DNA of 61,950 bases, the filler included, from Basidioascus undulatus (lineage: Eukaryota), in the NCBI GenBank assembly GCA_000826855.1. It is 5 parts of 5 records of this genome, joined end to end, with 100 filler letters (N's around TTAATTAATTAA, not from the genome) between each part and the next. Parts side by side here need not be neighbours in the genome. Positions count along the whole stretch, not along the records: positions 49,641 to 61,950 come from JTLS01000923.1; 4 more parts are not named here. One strand, written 5' to 3'. Made by a program: the position numbers and the translations under genes. Below, piece after piece: positions 53,301 to 61,950 of the stretch (the first letter of the stretch is position 1; each line of letters begins with the position of its first letter). The notes beneath the pieces were generated by a model. That model saw nothing but the letters and a program-made list of their open reading frames with translations. It was not told where the DNA came from and did not search any database.

Positions 53301-54477
53301 AGCTCGCCGGCGACGGCACTGACGTGCCGACGGTCGTGGTCGAGATGGTGGACGGCAGGCCGTTGACGACCTGGAGAACGCGCCCGCCTGGATCCGACTC
53401 GGACGGGTGCATCGCTGCTTGGATTTGGGCGACCGCTTCGGCTTGCGCTTGTGCAGCGCGCGCTCGGACTGCGGTCTTGATGGGTTTGGCCCAGTTCGGG
53501 TCTGACAAGACACATAGGGTCAGAATAGCCTGTACGCGTATTGTGAAAAGCGCCCGCGCACCGACGATCTTGTCAGAAGGCCATGCATGAAGAAGAGCGG
53601 ACGCTTGCTCGGCGTCAGAAGCATGGACCAGGTGCCTATAAAGGCTGACGTATCAGCATAACGACTGTACAGATGAGAAGCTCTGGACGTACACGAAGCC
53701 CTGCGGCTTGCCGACCATGTCGATCGACACCCGCTTCTTGCTCTTGGCAGCCGGGCTCTTCGGGGGCGTCATCGGCCCTCCCGCTCCTCGGCCGCGCCCC
53801 ACCGTCGGCGCTTCCCTCCCAACAGGCAACCCCGTCCCCGCGTAGCCCTCATACGCTCGAGCTGTCCGAAGCAGCTCGTCCTCGTCCCTATTCCGGCCCC
53901 GACCAGCCCCAAAGAACCTGCTCCCGACCCCTGTGCCGGACTGCGAGGGCGTCGCGACAAGGGACATGATGTCGGCAAAGCCCTTGTGGATGAACGCAGA
54001 GCCCTTAGCAGTGGAGAAGTAGGCTGGTCGCGGTGGGGTCTGTGGGGACGCAGGCGGGTAGCGCGCGTAGAGGTCGGGACCGCGCGAAGGGGAGGAGGCG
54101 TAGTAGTCGGCGGAGCTGTAGGGCGGGGATGAGGGCGGCGGAGAGAGGTAGCAGCCGGTTGGCTGCTGCTGCGACTGCTGTGGAGGGTAGTAGGCCGGTT
54201 GGGCATTGAGAGGAGGGGAAGAGGGCGGCACAGGCAGCGGCCGCCGTGCCGGCGTAGCGCTGCTCATGGCTTCGCGGAGCTGGTCTGTGATCGAAGCGGA
54301 CGGGTCGAGGGTGCTGCCCTGGAACGCCTGTGGACGTGTAGGCGTCGAAGAATGGGAAGAGAGCAGGGCGGACTGCTGGGTCGAAGCGAGTGAGAGGTTG
54401 AGCGGGGAGAGGGGCGGGATGGACGACAGCCGGGGCGCAGAGGAAACGGAAGCGTCCGAGGAGGACGGGATGGTCAT
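50363..54477 (-). CDS. NDR/LATS-family AGC kinase (Cbk1/Orb6-related) with a long N-terminal extension bearing a CRIB-like motif
   Basis: Mob-binding NTR (ENLY..RETRR..AETENLRECRRR); FIKLKTIGHGAFGVV, QEGHIRAERD, HRDIKPDNFL, KLSDFGLAT, activation-loop insert then LAYSLVGTNNYMAPEV; hydrophobic motif AFKGFTY. Confidence 0.92.
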
Positions 54478-55830
54478 GGAGCAGACCAGAGCCTGAACGG
54501 GCGAGCCAAAGTTGGGATGAGTAGTCTGAGCAAGCGCTGCAGCGCGAATGGCGATGCAGACAGGAGTGTAGGCCCGGACCTCCTCATGGTGGCTCGGATA
54601 GGGGCTTCAGTTACCCTCGCTCCAAACGCACGAGTATCGATGCAATATGTATTGTACACAGTTCCCCTGAATCCTCGGAAGTATTGACCCATAGAACAAG
54701 ACCTATTTCACGCACCTGCAGTCGGCACGCTATTTCATTCCTCTCATGCTCGTTGCCAGCCGGTGCGAGCGAAAGCAAGCAGTCTAACAGCCGCGAGACA
54801 GCACATATCCAAATGCACGTGATTTAGTTAGACACGGACGTCGGACTGATCCCCGACAGTCTTAGAAAGCCAGAGACTTGCCAGAGGAGCCTGTGCAGGA
54901 GCTGCAGAAGTGGTGCATCTTTTCACTCATCGACGCCCACGCTTTTATTTTATATACCCTACAGTCCCGGACTTTCATTTAAAGCATCCGGCCCCAGGCG
55001 TGATGGCAGGGAGCAATCAATCTCGAAGGTATGTTTTCACTATTTTAATATTACTAGCAGCTGGGTGAAATTGCAGGCCTGTCTGACTATTTCTTCAACT
55101 GCATCACGAAAAGTGTTCGAGGTGGATGGCGGAAACGAGGCGGTCCAAGGCTATGTTTTTTTTACATCTGTCTAGAATATAGGTAAAAACTGCGCGAACC
55201 TTACTCAGTGTATCGTTGTCTACTGGTCCTTCACTGCTTTCAGTGACATGAGGACATGATGCAGCAATTGTGATGGCCAAGTATGGTAACACACAGCTGA
55301 TATTCTCAGTAAGTCCACCTCCTCAGGCTATGACGGACAAGGCACAAGCGAAAGCGTGCAGGAGGCTGCCTGCTTTCTCGGGCCAATCTGAACTACAAGG
55401 ATCTCCCCCAACAAACCCAATTTACGGTCAAGTCAAATACTGCACAAATTTATAGACAGGTCTCGTGAATTCCCTGAGCAAGAATGACCGGCCGCTGGGC
55501 TTCAGGTGCGGCCTAGCTGCACTGCAGCTTTTGGGCACGCCGCTCCGGAGACTGCGTCTGCCTATCACATCAGACCTTCGATCCCGTGATACCGACCAGA
55601 AAGAGGAAGTTCAATTAAGAACCAATACAGTCTTTTCCATGGTCCTCCAAGCCTGTCCGTGTCCCCGCCCCTCCACAGTTGCACTGGTATGGATCCGGAA
55701 CTTCGCGAGAACCTGAACGCTGCTGTCCTTTGCCCTTCGAGCGTATAAGGTAGACTGGAGAGGTCTTCGATGTTTAGAATTTAAAAATTTAAGTAAACAT
55801 GTAGTACTGAGTTTTAAGCTTCGCTGGTAC

Positions 55831-57310
55831 TAGAGTGTCACGTCTGGCAGACTACCTAAAAATTACCTGACTTCACTGCGCGTTGACCTCACTTTCCAGG
55901 CCTGAAAAGTGGACCTGTAATGTGAGAGCAAAATTACACGCCTGGAAGTCATCCTGTAAAGTGACATTACAGGTGCACAATAGGCTCCGGGAAGTCGTTC
56001 TCGCACAAATGAATTTGCATAACTGCTACAACACTATGCCTCGCTTATAAGGGCTGGGACTTGCTGGTTTTCGAGCGTGATGGTCTCAGGTTAAGGTTCT
56101 CCTGCAATGTAAAAGCAACATGCGGTGACCTGGCACGTGTCAACTTCCAAGCACGACGACCGTCTCCATCGGTAGTTACCCACCTTCCTCCTGGCACTTG
56201 CCTTCGCCTTTAGCAATGAGATCTTACCCATCCCTAGCGCTCCTTATGTAGTTCTAGGGCTGATATTTCTCATGCTCTAACGCCGCGCGCGTTAGTGCTG
56301 CCCCCTGTTTCGGCATGGTTTCCGCTCAAGGTGCGCCAAAATACACCTGTACTGTTTCCACAACCATATCATCACAGGTGCGCAGAGGAATGACCCTCAT
56401 TCTCTCTTTCCTGGCTCTCCGCTACGGCACGGTACTCAGATGGGTCTTGCCCTGCAATAGCACATAGCACACACCCTTCACACTGCGAAACCGCCACAAA
56501 CCCAAGCACATTCATGACTCGCACAATATGTGCACCTATGTGCACCTGTGCGGCTCGTGTTTGTACGTCATGACTGTACGCCCTTTCCTCTCCTCCCTCT
56601 CCTCTCCTTCTTTTACCCTCCTCATCTCATTCGCGGCCCGACAGCATTATCTGACGCATGAAACACTTGCAGCTCTGTCCTTCATCCTCCTCTCCCGACC
56701 TCCGCTTTAACACCTCTGCCTCAGCACCCCCTTGGGACACCTCAAGTGCCTCGATACGCAGGCGCAGTACATTCTGTTCTGCCAGCTAAACCGAAGGAGC
56801 GGGGGGGGACAGCGTCGGACTAGGTGGAGATGCCAGATCGGCTTGGTCGAGCTAAGATGTAGGGGAACAGTTTGGAGCAGGACCGGGCAGGGAGGCAGGG
56901 CGTGCGGGCGTGCAGACGGGCAGGCGGCCGTGGTTCATTTGTTGGCTTGCGAGCCTTGTACCATACACCTCAGCCATTGTTTTTTCCCTCATTCATTGTT
57001 GTTTGGATGCTCTGCTGTACAGTAATATCGCTTCCAAACAAGGAAATGCCAGCCAGCCAAGCAGTGAACCGAGGGTCGTGACTGCGGTTTAGGACGACAT
57101 TTCAGGTACATTTGCGGCCTGAAAGGCGACCTTATAGGTTTCACCGGACCTAAAGGGCACAACACTAGGGAAATGTCAGGTTCCTGCAATGTCACATTCC
57201 ACGCACAAAAGATGCCCAAAAAGTCACATTTCCGACCTATAATCCGCCCTCAACGCGCAGTGCTTGGTATTATTGCCTTCAATGCGGCTGCCAGCGCGCC
57301 TGACAGGCTG
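55831..57310. mobile_element. Candidate non-autonomous DNA transposon relic (about 1.5 kb)
   Basis: Imperfect inverted ends TAGAGTGTCA-CGT-CTGGCAG (55831) and reverse complement CAGCCTGTCA-GGCGCG-CTGGCAG (57310); CCTGNAAWGT repeats clustered near both ends; no TSD or transposase seen. Confidence 0.45.
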
Positions 57311-58122
57311 GGAGACCTTCTCCGGGCTGCACACAGGCCACACTACTCATGTCGCACATGTCCCTACCGAACAGCATTGAAAAACAAACGTGGCGGTTGC
57401 TGTTACTACTCAAAACAAGGAGAGGTAGATATTGACATGCGCTGACCGAAGCTTTCCGTGAAGAGACGGGCCGCTCTGCGCATCTTCTACTAGTTTCCGC
57501 CGCTGTTGTTCTCCTGGTCCCACCCTACTTCTATCCAGCTTCTGGAGAGACTGGACGGCAGCACTGCCGCCGGTCAATTGTGTCGGCCGGCGGTGCGTTT
57601 TTCCCATCCCTCCTTCTTACCCATGGATGTAAGATCCGTCTGGGTGTTCCGGACTGGGTTACAGAAGGGCTCCTCCGGAGCAGTCCTCTTTGCACTGTGG
57701 TGGCGGCGCTGCCTCAAAAAGTCATCTGTAGGCGTGAAAACTGCGATTCTGCATTGACACTTGGGCAGGCTGTCTCGCTCCCATTCAGACGTCTTGCTCG
57801 AGGCAGTTCACTCATGATCGGGATGACGGGCATGCATGATGGCCTTTGCACTTAACTATTATTCTGCTCTCTATGAACACCGTGAAATTTCTGTTAAATG
57901 AAATGGCATGCGTGTTGAGAATGGCTCAGTGCTGGACTCCCGATCCATGCCGAAGCTCGGAGGCGACTACCTATTTTCCCTACTATGCGACCGAGACCCT
58001 CCCTGCGGCCCTATCGCTTCCCCACAAGCAGCTCTCCCCAGGCTCACTTCGCTCGTCCTTTCGTTCTCTTCCCACCACCACCACCTCCCTCCTCTCTCCT
58101 CCACACTCTCTTTTCTATAGAG

Positions 58123-60099
58123 ATGGTGCCGCAGACCACTGAGCTGCGCGAGCGTCGCCCGCAGGCGGCGGCGAACGCCAAGGGCCTCAGCGCGTCGGTC
58201 GAGAAGGACGCCGAGATCATGGCGGACCCGTCCAAGTTCGTCGTGCCCGACCTGACCATCAAGGAGATCCTTGGTGCCATCCCGTACGTCTTTAAGCTCT
58301 CTACTGGCTTGTTGGCAGCGTGCATGCGCTTGTGCTACCCGAGCGAGCTGCCCCGATCACGGAGCTGACTGGCTGTCCCCTCTGCGCACACAGGGCGCAC
58401 TGCTTTGAGCGCTCCGCGTTCAAGTCGTCGCTGTACGTCGTGCAGGACTTCATCATCATCGCCGCCCTCGCCTACGCGGCGAGCCACATCGACGCGCTCT
58501 CGGCTCCCGCGACGTCGCCCATCCTCGCAAAGGCGGCGCTCCCGTCGGCGTACGTCCCGTACGCGGCCTTTGCGCTCAAGTGGTCGCTCTGGGCGGCGTA
58601 CTGGTTCGCTCAGGGTCTTGTCGGCACTGGTGTCTGGGTTATTGCGTGAGTCTCGCAAAACGAATCAAACGTCGCGTTGGGAGTATGGCTGACGTTTGTC
58701 CCACGCATCCCAGGCACGAGGCCGGCCACCAGGCCTACTCGACCTCGAAGGCTATTAACAACGGCGTCGGCTGGATTCTCCACTCTGCTCTCCTCGTGCC
58801 TTACCACTCTTGGCGCATCTCGGTACGCTTCTGAGTGTTCCCCGCTTCTTGCTGCCAACATGGCCTGACATTCCCCCCGTTCAGCACGGCCGCCACCATG
58901 CCGCCACCGGCCACATGACCCGCGACGAGGTCTTCGTTCCCAAGACCCGTTCGCAGCGCGGCGTTGCGGCTATCGACGGCGAGCCCGGTGACGAGGCCTA
59001 CGATGGCACCCAGTCGGGCATGAACGTGCCGCAGCAGGAGCAGATCAAGGTCGCCGACATACTCGAGGACGCTCCGCTCGCGACCCTCATCGACGTTGTT
59101 CTCCAGCAGGTGCGCTTCTTGCAGCTGTGTTATACTGCGGAAGACTGCGGTTGACAATATCCCTTCGTGCAGACCTTCGGCTGGCCTATGTACCTCATCC
59201 GCAACGCGTCTGGCCAGGCTTACTACCCGAGGTTCACCAACCGTGCGTTCCTCGGCCTTATCCTGCGCATTTCGGTGGCTGACGTCTCTGTCGCCTCGCA
59301 GACTTCAGCCCGAACTCGGTCATCTTCGACAAGCGTCACTTCTTCCAGATCATCTGGTCTGACATCGGCATCGCCCTCACTCTCGGCGCTCTGTACTTCT
59401 GGGGCCAGCAGCGTGGCTTCGCTGAGGTCGTCAAGTACTACTTCATCCCGTACCTCTGGGTCAACCAGTGCGTTCTCGCTGTTCTTCACGCAGTCACTTC
59501 TCGAAGGAGGAATCCTGGCTAATTTTGTCCGACCGCGCACGCAGCTGGCTCGTCTGCATCACCTTCCTGCAGCACACCGACCCCCAGCTCCCGCACTACC
59601 GCGAAGGCACCTGGAACTTCCAGCGTGGCGCGCTCTGCACCATCGACCGCGCCTGCCTTGGCTGGGTCGGCCCGTACATCTTCCACGGCATCTGCGAGAC
59701 CCACGTCGCCCACCACATCAGCTCCAAGATCCCGCACTGTTCGTCGTTCTCGTTCGGTTCTCCTCTCGAACTGAGTAGCTGACACGTCGCCCGCACAATC
59801 AACAGACCACGCCTGGGAGGCGACTGAGGCGCTGAAGAAGCTCCTGGGCCCGCACTACCACTTCTCGAACGACAATATGTTCGTCGCGCTCTACAAGAGC
59901 TACCGTACCTGCCGCTTCGTCGAGGACAATGGCGACGTCGTGCGTCTAATTTTGAGCTCTCTCGTTTCGCTCACAGCACAGGCTGACAGTCTGTCTACAT
60001 TATCAGGTCTTCTACAAGGACTCCAGGGGCCGCGCCCGTCGCGAGGCTGTGCCCCGCGACGCTAGCGTCTCCGACTCGGGCGTCGATGTCGCCGCGTAG
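58123..60099 (+). CDS. FAD2: Delta-12 (omega-6) fatty acid desaturase
   Basis: [20 protein letters not shown]; His boxes HEAGH, HGRHH and [34 protein letters not shown]. Confidence 0.95.
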
Positions 60100-60475
60100 A
60101 TACGTTTATTCGTTCACGCCCCCCGTATTTCGCGCATTCTTCGCGGAGGAGCTATACCTTTATGTTGCCTCTACATTCGTTTATTGGTCAAGGGAGAGGT
60201 GGTGTGTTTAGAAGAAAAGATTTAAAGCACCGTTCACATCCGTTGGCTCCGTATTGCTGTGCTGCGGCTCGGAGAGGTGCCCTTTTGTTCTGACACTCAC
60301 TTCCGTCGCGGCCCGCTCAACGCCCCGCCATCGTCGCATTCCGCATCATCGTATCGCTCCAATGCGTCGCACGTGGATTTGATATTCGACGAGCTTCGTT
60401 CGATCAGCACTGCCTCATCTCACGCTCGTCCATCTTCCCCTCCTCGTCTTCGTCCTCCTCGACCGCTATTCCCCG

Positions 60476-61950
60476 ATGGCTTACTTCCCTCAGCAACCGT
60501 ACGGCTACGCAGCTCCGCCCTATGGCGCGTACCCCCAGGCGTACGGAGCGTACGCGCCCTATCCGGGCTATGCTTATCAGTCCGCGCCACCGCCACCGAT
60601 GCCATTTGGCGGGGGCGGGGGCGGGGGCGGCATGAACGGTATGGCTCCGCCCGGACTGTCGCGTTCCAACACCCTGCCCGGCTCCCGTTCTAGAGAGTAG
60701 TGCGTAGATCTCCCTTCTCGTTACAGCCTGGTAGCTCATGCAAACTCCCTTCGCAGCTACGACGATGTCGATCGCGAGCGCGACCGCTATCTGAGTCGCG
60801 AGCGCGACCGCCCCTACGGCCGCGAGGACGAAGATCGCTACGGTCCCCGCAGCGCTGGCCCGTACGGCGATCGCGGGCGTGGTGGCTTTGGGCGAGACGC
60901 GGATGGGCTGGCAGATAGGATGGCTGGGATGTCGTTGGGTGTGGACGCGCGCCGAGGCCCAGGGGCCGGGATGATGATGCCCGACGAGCGGCCACCGCCA
61001 CTTCGTCCACCGCCCTCGCCTGGCGCGCGTCTCGTACCTCCTCCTCCCCATCCGGGCGGCCCACCGCCGCCGCTGGGTACGGGTCGCCTTCCTCCTCGCC
61101 TTCCGCAGGGCACGCCGTTTCCCCGGCATATTCCCCCGTCTACACCAGGGCCCGACATGCCCGGTCCGCGTCCATCTCGTCCGCCATCCCCTCGTGGTCC
61201 GAGCCCACTACCGCCCATGGCGATGCCTGCTCCACCAGGAGGGATGCCGCGCCCATCCTCTCGCGCGTCCATGCGTCCCAGCCGCCCACCATCCGTCATC
61301 GACGTCCCCGGCTCGAGGCGGGAGATGCCTCTCGCGCCGCCGGGTCCGATGGGTCCGTCGCGCCCGCCGTCGCCGATTGGCGCCTTCCGCCCAGGAGGAG
61401 CGCCCGGAGGCGGACCTCGCGGCATGCCGCCCATGTCGCCGGGCCCCCGCTCTGATAGGCGCAGGCGCGCTGACGATGACGCCGACGTGCCGTACGGCAG
61501 GGGGCGAGACGAGGCGTATGGCCCCCGCGGAGGGTATGGGAGGGCCGGGGAAGGCGGCTTCGATGAGCGCGATGGATATCACCGCAGGCGCGAGACTTGG
61601 GGAGGTCCGGGGCCGCAGAGAGACCCGTACATGCAGGGCGGCGCAGGCGGGTATGCTGCGGGCGGGTATGCTGCGGGCGGGTATGCTGGGTATGGCGGTG
61701 GTTATGGCTGGGGTGGCGGTGGCGCGCACGCACCTCCGTATGGCGGAGGATACAACGGGTGGGGAGGTGGAGCGGGGATGGGAATGGGCATGGGCATGGG
61801 CATGGGCATGGGCGGCATGGGCGGACAAGGACCCGGATGGAACGCATGGGGCGGCGGCGGCCCGGACGAGCGCATCCGAGGACGCTCGCGGGCACGCGAC
61901 GATCCGTACTACGGCCGTGGCTACTCGCGCTCGCGCTCGCGCTCTCGACC
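60476..61950 (+). CDS. Low-complexity Tyr/Gly/Pro/Arg-rich disordered protein (3' end beyond the window)
   Basis: Exon 1 MAYFPQQPYGY..., GTGCGT-CAG intron 60700-60756, then an uninterrupted frame to the window end; contains (GGYAA)n 15-bp repeats, (GM)n GGCATG repeats and a terminal RS tract. Confidence 0.75.

Overview
Eukaryotic, intron-rich, GC-rich fungal DNA. The GTGCGT/GTGAGT donors, CTGAC/CTCAC branch points, ~50-80 nt CT-rich introns and gene content point to a basidiomycete yeast, probably Microbotryomycetes such as Rhodotorula (inference). The window is NOT one locus: five ~12.3-kb contigs are joined by four artificial 100-nt linkers (N44-TTAATTAATTAA-N44). Contig 1: Air1/2-like zinc-knuckle gene, PUB-domain gene, ZNF511-like C2H2 gene, YPK1/Gad8 kinase, secreted GH25 muramidase. 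Contig 2: VTC1, ARD1/NAA10, a damaged fungal transcription factor gene, tRNA-Pro(AGG) and decayed sequence. Contig 3: APL5 3' end, DAL5-family permease, GH47 mannosidase, RAD51. Contig 4: CWF19, permease and M20 peptidase relics, VMA2, IML1. Contig 5: NDR kinase, delta-12 desaturase, low-complexity protein. Best leads: a CRIB motif on the NDR kinase; a required 2-nt exon and an intron-split stop codon in VMA2; an apparent AT-AG intron (or broken donor) in the GH25 gene; a 52-bp tandem hairpin array; a collapsed permease/peptidase gene pair; a TIR-bounded relic upstream of FAD2. I see no prokaryotic-type novel system. All exon structures were parsed by eye and no searches were run.
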